Below the pieces are notes generated by a model. That model searched no databases. It was not told the origin of the DNA and saw only the letters and a list, made by a program, of their open reading frames with translations. From a virus (Duplodnaviria; Heunggongvirae; Uroviricota; Caudoviricetes), in IMG/VR virus record IMGVR_UViG_3300030000_000409, positions 1 to 10,283 of that record: DNA of 10,283 nucleotides; one strand, written 5' to 3'. How positions within the stretch are numbered: position 1 is the first letter of the stretch; every line of letters begins with the position of its first letter. Positions 1-7,337 of the stretch are shown here, in pieces. Position numbers and translations under genes: made by a program.

Positions 1-1
1 C

Positions 2-1132
2 TTATGTCTTGTCATCTTTTATTATTTTGCCGAAATAATAAAAAAGAAGTATCCACAAGGATTCACCCTGTCAGATGTGATATCAAAAATTTATTCTAAA
101 AGAGTTCAAAACGTTTATTGGTTTACATTGATAGGATTAACCGTGTGTGCATTTGCTGTTCAACTTTTAGCAGGTGGAAAGCTCATAAGTGGTCTACTAG
201 ACATCCCGTATTGGTTAGCAACAGTGATCATTGCATTAATCCCATTAGGATATTCATTGAAGTTTGGTTTAAAATCTTCTATCTTAACTGATTTTATCAA
301 AATGATAGTTATATTATCGTTAGGTGTGATTCTTGTCCCATTAGTACTATTCAATTTAGGTGGTATTGATTCTGTTATTAATGGATTGGGCGGTGTTAAA
401 GGTAATTTTCTTTCTCCGTTCTCGAATGATTCCTTAATGTTATTTTTGACATTCGGTTTACCAACTGCAATAGGTTTAATATCTGGTCCCTTTGGAGATC
501 AAAGTTTTTGGCAACGTGCATTTGCAACAAGAACTGAAAGTGTTAAAAAATCATTTATCACTGGAGCATTTTTGTTTGGATTGGTTCCATTGATGATGGG
601 TATTATAGGTTTTGCTGCTGCTGGATCTGGATTAACAATAAATGATATTCAGATGGTTAATTTAGAAACAATTTCATCTACAACAGGTGTCGTAGGTTCA
701 TCACTGTTTTTGTTGATCGTGATGTCAGCTCTTACATCGATTATTGATTCAAAGCTGTGCTCAGTATCTAGTATTATTGGACACGATCTATCCAATAGAT
801 TCAATATTGAATCTATTTTCTCTGCTAGGATATCAATGATAGTACTTACGCTGTTTGCTCTTATTATTGCAAATCTTCCTGGGTTACAAATATTGTATCT
901 GTTTTTATTCTATGGTACTCTTCGATCTTCAACATTTATTATTACAGTTTTGACTTTGCTTGGGAAGAAACTGTCAGAATTTGCTGTGTTTTATGGTATC
1001 ATATCTGCTATCTTAATAGGTTTACCATTGTTCACATATGGTAACATAACAAAAAATACAACAATGATTGTAGCGGGGTCTCTTTCAACATTGTTACTAC
1101 CTTATATTTCTACATTGGTAAAAAGATCATGA
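2..1132 (+). CDS. Sodium:solute symporter (SSS family; urea/polyamine DUR3-like or PutP-like), 5'-truncated by the window edge
   Basis: The frame is open from base 2 (LCLVIFYYFAEIIKKKYPQGFTLSDV...), so the GTG at 77 is internal. The protein has many hydrophobic TM-length segments and SSS-type motifs: GFTLSDVI..IY, GPFGDQSFWQRAFA and SALTSIIDSKL. The substrate cannot be assigned. Confidence 0.85.
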   Translation, partial: LCLVIFYYFAEIIKKKYPQGFTLSDVISKIYSKRVQNVYWFTLIGLTVCAFAVQLLAGGKLISGLLDIPYWLATVIIALIPLGYSLKFGLKSSILTDFIKMIVILSLGVILVPLVLFNLGGIDSVINGLGGVKGNFLSPFSNDSLMLFLTFGLPTAIGLISGPFGDQSFWQRAFATRTESVKKSFITGAFLFGLVPLMMGIIGFAAAGSGLTINDIQMVNLETISSTTGVVGSSLFLLIVMSALTSIIDSKLCSVSSIIGHDLSNRFNIESIFSARISMIVLTLFALIIANLPGLQILYLFLFYGTLRSSTFIITVLTLLGKKLSEFAVFYGIISAILIGLPLFTYGNITKNTTMIVAGSLSTLLLPYISTLVKRS

Positions 1133-1560
1133 CACATAAAGCAACATTTTTCGTTTTCACTGATACATCATCACAACTTTCCACAAAAGGCATTGATCAA
1201 TTTGTTTCTGATTTAAAAAGTCTACATCACAATGTTAACGTTGAAGTGATAGATTTTCTATCTGCATGGAATCTTGGTGTTCTTTTTGAGTGCTTAGATA
1301 GATTTACAAATATTACATGTGCTTATCTGGGGTGTGTAAAATTCGCAAATAATGAAAAGTCATCATATTTACCACCAGATGAAATAGAAATCAAATTAGT
1401 AAAATACTTCAAGAGCAGGAATATTCCTACTATTCGTATAGAAAAAGATACATTAAGTGATTATTCCATTATTGAGATGCCTCAAGAATACATTCAACAT
1501 AGAATCATACATCTTAGAGAATCATCAATTACAACATTCATCACCACGTTCTTAGGCTAA
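1129..1560 (+). CDS. Hypothetical soluble protein, 143 aa
   Basis: The ATG overlaps the SSS stop (ATGA at 1129-1132), which implies translational coupling. No family motif was recognised. Confidence 0.7.
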   Translation: MTHKATFFVFTDTSSQLSTKGIDQFVSDLKSLHHNVNVEVIDFLSAWNLGVLFECLDRFTNITCAYLGCVKFANNEKSSYLPPDEIEIKLVKYFKSRNIPTIRIEKDTLSDYSIIEMPQEYIQHRIIHLRESSITTFITTFLG

Positions 1561-2606
1561 TCTGCTGAATACAATTTTGTGTCATTATCCCAGTAAATCT
1601 GTTGAATCCCATAATGTCTATTTCTTACAACATTATAAAGAGAACCAACTTTTACTTTTACTGCAAGATATTCACTCCATGATGGGTGAATTTTCTGTAT
1701 AAATGATCTCAAAGCAAACTTATAGGAATTTGCAGCAGGTGTTTCATTGAATCTTTTAAATGATTTTAGCATACTGATTTGTTGAAATCTTTCTGTGTTA
1801 AAAAATGTTTCAAAAGCACTAAGCTGTTTATGAGAAATATTATTTCCTGATTCGAATACATTCGTAAAGCAAAGTGTTCTTAATGAAACACTCTGCCATT
1901 TACATGTGAAATTTATCCACCATAAAAGGTCACTCATTTTTGTGAGTTTGAATGGGGCTTTGGTGATAAGTGAATTTAGTGAATCCATAAAATTAATTGA
2001 AGGATTCAATCCCAATGTAGATAAATACGATGAAATATTTTCATCAGAAATTAATCCATTTAGTAGCATCGGCATGATAGTTGGAAGTTGGAATATTTTG
2101 TCTGATCCAAATAACTGATCTGCATTCTCGCCCATTAGATAAATCGTGTCATTGAAATTCAAACCATTAAGACATTCATGTACATTTACCGTCTTATATT
2201 TTAGAACAATATCCCACCAACATGAAAGATTTTCATACATTGCATCTACTGATGTTGCTAAAGTTATCTGTTCTCTATCGAATCCTTCAGTCATTATGAG
2301 ATGGTTAAAAGCAACTAACAATCCGGTACTATCTAATCCTCCACTATAGAAAAGCGTAAGAGGTTTACCAGTTTGAAGCAATGACCTAGCACGACGAATC
2401 ATTTCATCAAAGAACATTTTGTCTGAGTCTCCATCATCTATCTGTGTTGGTATCTCCCAAACAATATGAGTGTTAAATGGCAATGTAAAACTATTAGTTC
2501 GATCCATAGCACTTGCATTTTTACCAACTAAATTCAGAAATGCTTTAGCTTCTGACATATGTTCATCATTTAGAACTCTAGGCATATAGTAAATTACTTT
2601 TTTCAT
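1557..2606 (-). CDS. Asparagine-synthetase-like PP-loop ATPase (AANH superfamily) without a glutaminase domain, about 349 aa
   Basis: PP-loop LFYSGGLDS (SGGLDS at 2328-2345), AsnB-like GENADQLFG (2106-2132; compare GEGADELFG) and C-terminal K..LR. The start is re-placed at ATG 2606 (MKKVIYY), which forms an ATGA overlap with the upstream stop. The track's 2651 start would overlap the upstream gene by 49 nt. Confidence 0.8.
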   Translation of the reverse strand: MKKVIYYMPRVLNDEHMSEAKAFLNLVGKNASAMDRTNSFTLPFNTHIVWEIPTQIDDGDSDKMFFDEMIRRARSLLQTGKPLTLFYSGGLDSTGLLVAFNHLIMTEGFDREQITLATSVDAMYENLSCWWDIVLKYKTVNVHECLNGLNFNDTIYLMGENADQLFGSDKIFQLPTIMPMLLNGLISDENISSYLSTLGLNPSINFMDSLNSLITKAPFKLTKMSDLLWWINFTCKWQSVSLRTLCFTNVFESGNNISHKQLSAFETFFNTERFQQISMLKSFKRFNETPAANSYKFALRSFIQKIHPSWSEYLAVKVKVGSLYNVVRNRHYGIQQIYWDNDTKLYSAD

Positions 2607-3214
2607 ATTAGACCAATTCCACCTGATATTACATTGACACTCTTTTTCCATTTCTCATAATCATCTTCATTGTCAACAGATAATAAGGATTTACAATGAA
2701 GCCATATGGCCATCTTACGGTGTTTATAAATGTTAAGGATGCTTTCCTTTTCAATTTTGAGTTGGTGAATAGCATCAGTTAAAATTAGCCCTACTGCTTC
2801 ACATAATTGAGGTGCCAAATCTTCAATATTAGGAAACATTTTTAAGTCATCTAATGTAAGAAAATATCCATTTGATGCAATGCCCAAAGTTCTACGAGTG
2901 ATATTAAAATTCACATACTCATATCCTCTACTTAGAAATTTTGCCTTGTTTCTTCTAATGTTATTATTTGACGTATTTGCATTTTCAGTTTTTACAAATT
3001 CCTCATTTATCCAACAAAATCTACCATTTAGAATTTGATTATCATTATCAACTTCATTTAAGGACATGAGTGCTTGGTTCCATTTATTAGTTGATACAGA
3101 AACTAAACGAGTATCTAATATGTTACTGTGTAGAAATTGTCCTATATCAGAATTTTTGGGTAGAGCAATTATCGCTCTACTGCCGGCATCATGCAGTATA
3201 AATTTCACATCCAT
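2603..3214 (-). CDS. Hypothetical protein, 203 aa
   Basis: Coupled on both sides: TAATG overlap at 3212-3216 and ATGA overlap at 2603-2606. No recognisable motif. Confidence 0.75.
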   Translation of the reverse strand: MDVKFILHDAGSRAIIALPKNSDIGQFLHSNILDTRLVSVSTNKWNQALMSLNEVDNDNQILNGRFCWINEEFVKTENANTSNNNIRRNKAKFLSRGYEYVNFNITRRTLGIASNGYFLTLDDLKMFPNIEDLAPQLCEAVGLILTDAIHQLKIEKESILNIYKHRKMAIWLHCKSLLSVDNEDDYEKWKKSVNVISGGIGLI

Positions 3215-4095
3215 TAAAGAACCTCTTTGGGCACCACTGATAATAACACATCAAATTTTGCTGAATATTTTGTTGATAAATGTTTTCTAATATCAGCGTT
3301 GAATTGTTTTCCGACCACTGTATCCCAATTGGTAGTTTTTTCTGTGAATATAAGTTCTTGACCCCACTCAGCCTCTATCATTTTTTGATTGCTGAAATAT
3401 GGATATGCTTTGGTTAGTAACGGACTATCCCATACCGTTTTTATGAGTTCAATACTAGATGAGTGGAAATAGTAATCACCATCTAAACCTGATTTTTTTG
3501 AATGAAGAAGATATGCTATTTCTGTACTTGAGATAGGAATTCCAAAGCCCGTGTCTGTACTAGATAGAACAGAATATGATTGTCCATCCTTATTTATATC
3601 GCCTTCTCCTATGATGATATGTCTATCAGCAGGAATTTTATCAAACATAAATGGGACAACAAGATATGTTGGTTTAAGTATTCTCGTTAGTTCAAATGAT
3701 GTTTCAGCAAAAGCAACCACATCATCTTTATTGAGCGTGATAATGTTAACTGGTGTAGAAAGAGCGGCTGATACTTTATTGACATTTTCTATCATATAGT
3801 CATTGATGCCAGGAATGTTCAAAAAGTACATTTCAAAATCAATGTTTAGTTTTTTACATTGGATTGCTATAATTTCACTATCTTTACCAGAAATGAATAC
3901 TGCTAGTTTATTTTTTCCAGAAGACACCAATGCATTCAACCTATTATTGATAGCAGTTTTGTAACTATCTGCGGGCGTAGAACCTGCAACACCAGTATAT
4001 GAAAATTTAAATACTGGCTTAGGTGATAAATCAGTGTATCCGGCTTCATCAACACCATTTATTGACCAAGAGATGTGTGGTAATTTGTTAAACAT
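3214..4095 (-). CDS. Divergent AANH/PP-loop-like protein, 293 aa
   Basis: A beta-strand is followed by SGKDSEII (SGKDS at 3877-3891), a one-residue-short version of SGGxDS. A later IIIGEGD resembles the AsnB GEG motif. There is a good RBS (AAAGGA) upstream. Confidence 0.65.
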   Translation of the reverse strand: MFNKLPHISWSINGVDEAGYTDLSPKPVFKFSYTGVAGSTPADSYKTAINNRLNALVSSGKNKLAVFISGKDSEIIAIQCKKLNIDFEMYFLNIPGINDYMIENVNKVSAALSTPVNIITLNKDDVVAFAETSFELTRILKPTYLVVPFMFDKIPADRHIIIGEGDINKDGQSYSVLSSTDTGFGIPISSTEIAYLLHSKKSGLDGDYYFHSSSIELIKTVWDSPLLTKAYPYFSNQKMIEAEWGQELIFTEKTTNWDTVVGKQFNADIRKHLSTKYSAKFDVLLSVVPKEVL

Positions 4096-4098
4096 TTT

Positions 4099-4109
4099 TC
4101 TTTCCTTTA
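4099..4109 (-). promoter_or_regulatory. Ribosome-binding site TAAAGGAAAGA for the 293-aa PP-loop gene
   Basis: The AGGA core lies 7 nt before ATG 4095. Confidence 0.65.
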
Positions 4110-4120
4110 CTTACAATAAG

Positions 4121-4567
4121 TTAGATAAACTTCATGACTCGTATATTCTCTTTAGAGAACCCTGTTGTTTCAATCTCCCCAAATGTGGTGAACCCATATC
4201 TAAGATAGACGTTTAATGCAGGAATTTTTGGATAGCTCCATAGAATTTTTGAACCATTCCATATTGCTTTAGCTTCTATCCCAGCAAATAATATTTGTGA
4301 TATGCCTTGTTTTCTATATTCCGGGTAAACAAAAATACCTCTCACCCTAAAATCTGTATCAGAAGATATGTGACCAGATATGACACCGAGAACGGTATCA
4401 TCGTCATGATACTTTAAAAAATATGGTACTGCTTTTTTGATGATTTTGTCATGACCACCATTGCGACACATTGAGTTAACAGGTTCAACATCTTCTCTAC
4501 CTGGCCAAAGTTCATTCTGCCATATTGGTTTTATTTCTTCCCATGTACAATTTGATAATTTAAACAT
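4121..4567 (-). CDS. GNAT-family N-acetyltransferase, 148 aa
   Basis: Acetyl-CoA binding motif A (RGIFVYPEYRKQGISQILF) and C-terminal ALNVYLRYGF. The start is re-placed at ATG 4567, preceded by GAGGT at 4572-4576. The track's 4720 start would overlap the divergent gene. Confidence 0.88.
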   Translation of the reverse strand: MFKLSNCTWEEIKPIWQNELWPGREDVEPVNSMCRNGGHDKIIKKAVPYFLKYHDDDTVLGVISGHISSDTDFRVRGIFVYPEYRKQGISQILFAGIEAKAIWNGSKILWSYPKIPALNVYLRYGFTTFGEIETTGFSKENIRVMKFI

Positions 4568-4676
4568 CTTGACCTCTAAACGTATTTTGTATTTATTAAT
4601 GTTTCCGTTAAACGTGATCTGATCTAGATGAAGGTAAATAAGATTACACAATTTTCCATACAATTTATAATAGCAA
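4568..4676. promoter_or_regulatory. Divergent promoter region between the minus-strand and plus-strand operons
   Basis: This is the only intergenic gap over 25 nt in the window. On +, TATAAT at 4666-4671 with ATTACA (4/6 match to TTGACA) at 4643-4648 and a 17-nt spacer, 5 nt before ATG 4677 (leaderless-like). TAAATA cores on - (4590-4595) and + (4635-4640). AT-rich DNA makes chance matches likely. Confidence 0.4.
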
Positions 4677-5528
4677 ATGATAAACGTTTTATGCACCAGT
4701 AAGCCCGTAGATGGGCTCATGTACTACAGTTATGAGTACACATCTTATTTGAATTCTATCGGTATATCTGCCCAAATGGTGATAATCCGTCATAGAAATT
4801 TCAATCATGAGGCATATCTTAATGCCATATCTCACAAGTATATTCATTGTAAAAATGTAGTGTTTGAATATGCTTCAATTAATGATGAAGATGTTACGCT
4901 GATCATGGGTCGCAGTATGATGACGCTATCTTGGTTTAATTTCAAAGACTATAATCATCGAGAACAGAAAATATTAAAACGATTATTTTCAAATAAGGTC
5001 ATTGCTGTTTATTCTGAAAATCATCCAATAGATTATGTCAATGCATTGAATTTTTATGCACCATCTAAAATCGTTGATGTGTGTGACTATGAGGTTTATC
5101 CACGCGGAACGGGTGAACATTTTGAAAAGAGAATAAATTTCGAAATTTACAAACCATTCGAAGACAAGATTCAATTCAAATATTTGTTCATGGGAACAAA
5201 TGATAAATATTATGCAACTGCTGAAAAAGTAATTAAATGTTTTCCTGATCATGGAATATTGACATATGATGAAAAATATATCAATCCATCTAACAATAAT
5301 GTTTTTGTGCCAATACAAAATCTTTTAGGTATTTTTGACACATACATTTACACAAAAGAAACATTTGATCCAGCCCCAAGACTCATACAAGAATGTAAAT
5401 ATTATGGGAAACCAATTTTATATCTTAGAGATAAATGTATCACGGATGGTGGAAGTGTTTACAATAAACGCCCCATCAAATCTTTAGACGTAACAGCCAT
5501 TATCAATTCAATTATTAAACTTGTATAA
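4677..5528 (+). CDS. Divergent GT-B-fold glycosyltransferase-like protein, 283 aa
   Basis: The C-terminal FDTYIYTKETFDPAPRLIQECKYYGKPIL (5337-5417 from the first D) aligns by eye to the GT4 signature D.fv.ps..EgfglvllEAma.GkPvi, giving DX7E. FMGTNDK resembles the F.GR...K donor-binding loop. Confidence 0.55.
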   Translation: MINVLCTSKPVDGLMYYSYEYTSYLNSIGISAQMVIIRHRNFNHEAYLNAISHKYIHCKNVVFEYASINDEDVTLIMGRSMMTLSWFNFKDYNHREQKILKRLFSNKVIAVYSENHPIDYVNALNFYAPSKIVDVCDYEVYPRGTGEHFEKRINFEIYKPFEDKIQFKYLFMGTNDKYYATAEKVIKCFPDHGILTYDEKYINPSNNNVFVPIQNLLGIFDTYIYTKETFDPAPRLIQECKYYGKPILYLRDKCITDGGSVYNKRPIKSLDVTAIINSIIKLV

Positions 5529-5530
5529 CT

Positions 5531-6319
5531 ATGAAAATAAAAGATATCGAATTATTCCCAGATGAGGTAATGACATTAATTGACTCACAGGAATTTATAG
5601 GAATTCGTTTAAGTGGTGGAAGTGATTCAGCATTACTATGTCATATAGTATTGAAATATTTCCCTCATATAGAATTGCTACCAATCATAATGTTTAACAG
5701 ATTGAGACCAGCAGCAGAACAATCAGTTAAAAACGTATTAAATGCGCTCAATGCACTTAACCCCAATAATAAACTGATGACTCCAGAAATAGGATATTTT
5801 GATACTACTGGATGGCCAAGTTATATAGATGGAGTCAAACAGAAAAATCCAAAAATGATTTTTCAGCCTGAATTTATTAGAAGTGTGTTTGCCAAATATG
5901 ACACTAAATTAAACTTTATTTTGTCTGGTGAGACATTGAATCCACCTATCGAAGATCAAATTGTGTTAGGCGTTGAACAAAGATTTGTTAAAAATAGAAA
6001 TTTAAAGCGTATTAATTTATGTCATGAGTATGATGTTAATGGTGTTACTAAATGGGAGTATAGTCCATTTAGAAATTCTAATAAAAGAGAAGTAGCAGAG
6101 ATTTATAAAGAATTAAACTTAATGGAGAGTTTGTTCCCATTAACAGAAACTTGTGAAACTGAACCTCATGTTTATGAAATTTTTGGTGTTGATAATAATA
6201 TAACCTACACAGCTCCAGGAATTGAACCATGTCAATGCTGCTGGCCTTGCAGAGAGAAATATTGGGCATATGGGGTTTTTGATTTCAATACTAAAAATAG
6301 AACAACACGACTAAAATGA
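5531..6319 (+). CDS. QueC-like PP-loop ATPase with C-terminal Cys4 zinc site (probably not a true QueC)
   Basis: IRLSGGSDSA (SGGSDS at 5612-5629), SPF...NKREV, and TETC (Cys at 6152) followed by CQCCWPCREK (6230-6250, CxxCxxC). The canonical QueC motifs YGQRH, VPxRN and YPDC are not seen. Confidence 0.75.
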   Translation: MKIKDIELFPDEVMTLIDSQEFIGIRLSGGSDSALLCHIVLKYFPHIELLPIIMFNRLRPAAEQSVKNVLNALNALNPNNKLMTPEIGYFDTTGWPSYIDGVKQKNPKMIFQPEFIRSVFAKYDTKLNFILSGETLNPPIEDQIVLGVEQRFVKNRNLKRINLCHEYDVNGVTKWEYSPFRNSNKREVAEIYKELNLMESLFPLTETCETEPHVYEIFGVDNNITYTAPGIEPCQCCWPCREKYWAYGVFDFNTKNRTTRLK

Positions 6320-6600
6320 AACTCATACCAAAATGTCTAAACTTTGATTCACCTGACAGGAAACCAGCAGCATATACATCTGATGGATTTATGTTACCTT
6401 GTTGTTGGGTAGATACCCCATATGAAGATGAATCATTAAAAGCTCTTGGGATGAGAGATGAAGAGTTGAAGGTTGCTAATAATGAGAGTTTGATACAAAT
6501 TTTTACATCTGATCAATGGGAAAGATTTTTTAATGTATTAGTACATGATTCTGATTCGGCACCTTTCGCGTGTAAGTATAAATGTGGGGTAAAAGAATAA
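6316..6600 (+). CDS. Stand-alone SPASM/Twitch-type iron-sulfur binding domain, 94 aa
   Basis: Pattern C7 ... DGFMLPCC (C29, C30) ... N.ESLIQIFTS..W ... C86KYKC90, typical of radical SAM auxiliary-cluster domains. ATGA overlap with the upstream gene. Confidence 0.75.
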   Translation: MKLIPKCLNFDSPDRKPAAYTSDGFMLPCCWVDTPYEDESLKALGMRDEELKVANNESLIQIFTSDQWERFFNVLVHDSDSAPFACKYKCGVKE

Positions 6601-6605
6601 TTGAT

Positions 6606-7337
6606 ATGACTAGAATTACAGACGAATACGTAAAGCGACAGCAATTTTTAAATCCAAATCTTGATATTTCACATAGGTGTATCATCAGATGCCCGTTATG
6701 TATCAGACAGAAAATGATAAGTCAAAACAAAATTAAACGATCTTTTGATATTGAGGAAAAAGATTTCCGTAAAATTTTAGATTTTTATGTTAAAGATATT
6801 GCTTTCTGTGGACAAATTTCTGATCCAATTTATCACCCAAATTTTCTATCATTTTTAAAAATCTGCAATGATACCAATAGACAAGTCAGAATTTCCACCA
6901 ATGGAACTGGTAAAGATTTAAAGTGGTGGGAAGAAGCTTTTAGTTATGGTAAAAGTAACAATGAATGGTGGTTTGGAGTAGATGGCATAGATAATAAAAG
7001 TGAACTGTATCGTGTCGGATCTAATTTTGAAAATGTGTGGGAGATGATGAAGCTTGGGAAAAAATTAGGCAATGTCATTGTTTGGCAATTCATCATTTTT
7101 AAATATAATGAACATGAGATAGATGAAGCTATAGAAATTGCTAAGCGTGAAGGATTTGCATTAAAATTTGTAAAATCTGATAGGGTTTTTAAGCTAAATA
7201 AATATGAACTTAGAAAGGGTGTAAAAGTAGATTTATTACAGCCATCTACTGAACATTTATCTGATAGGATAAAAACTGAATATTGGGGTAATAAAACTCC
7301 TGAATTGGATTCTTGGGATAAAAAACGTAAAATTTAA
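6606..7337 (+). CDS. Radical SAM enzyme (core domain only, no C-terminal SPASM cysteines), about 243 aa
   Basis: CIIRCPLC (6678-6701), FCGQISDP in the GGEP position, STNG and FGVDG motifs. There is no Cys in the C-terminal half. The start is re-placed at ATG 6606, 5 nt after the upstream stop. Confidence 0.88.
   Translation: MTRITDEYVKRQQFLNPNLDISHRCIIRCPLCIRQKMISQNKIKRSFDIEEKDFRKILDFYVKDIAFCGQISDPIYHPNFLSFLKICNDTNRQVRISTNGTGKDLKWWEEAFSYGKSNNEWWFGVDGIDNKSELYRVGSNFENVWEMMKLGKKLGNVIVWQFIIFKYNEHEIDEAIEIAKREGFALKFVKSDRVFKLNKYELRKGVKVDLLQPSTEHLSDRIKTEYWGNKTPELDSWDKKRKI

Noticed and set aside
1557-3214. Lasso-peptide cluster interpretation
   Set aside because: No transglutaminase-like B2 protease or precursor with a Thr(-2)/Gly(+1) pattern was seen.
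3591-3598. Perfect T4 late-promoter octamer TATAAATA on the minus strand
   Set aside because: It is mid-gene, about 380 nt from the next start, and a single copy in 10 kb of AT-rich DNA is compatible with chance.
4110-4122. Small hairpin (CTTA-CAA-TAAG with an A-T closing pair) between the GNAT and the next gene
   Set aside because: The AT-rich 5-bp stem is too weak to be a terminator.
4628-4702. 24-codon plus-strand ORF (MKVNKITQ...) as a possible leader or RiPP precursor
   Set aside because: No RBS, no precursor-like composition, and it overlaps the next gene out of frame. An ORF this size is expected by chance.
4568-4720. 51-aa N-terminal extension of the GNAT ORF in the track
   Set aside because: It spans the divergent promoter region and overlaps the opposite-strand gene. 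ATG 4567 has a GAGGT RBS and gives a normal GNAT length.
5531-6319. Calling this gene queC and the locus a 7-deazaguanine pathway
   Set aside because: The QueC substrate motifs are missing, neither rSAM has the extended QueE-type signature that I could recognise, and no queD, folE or dpdA gene is visible.
6300-6330. Programmed frameshift fusing the QueC-like gene to the SPASM ORF
   Set aside because: The junction is an ordinary ATGA overlap with no heptameric slippery site or obvious stimulatory structure.
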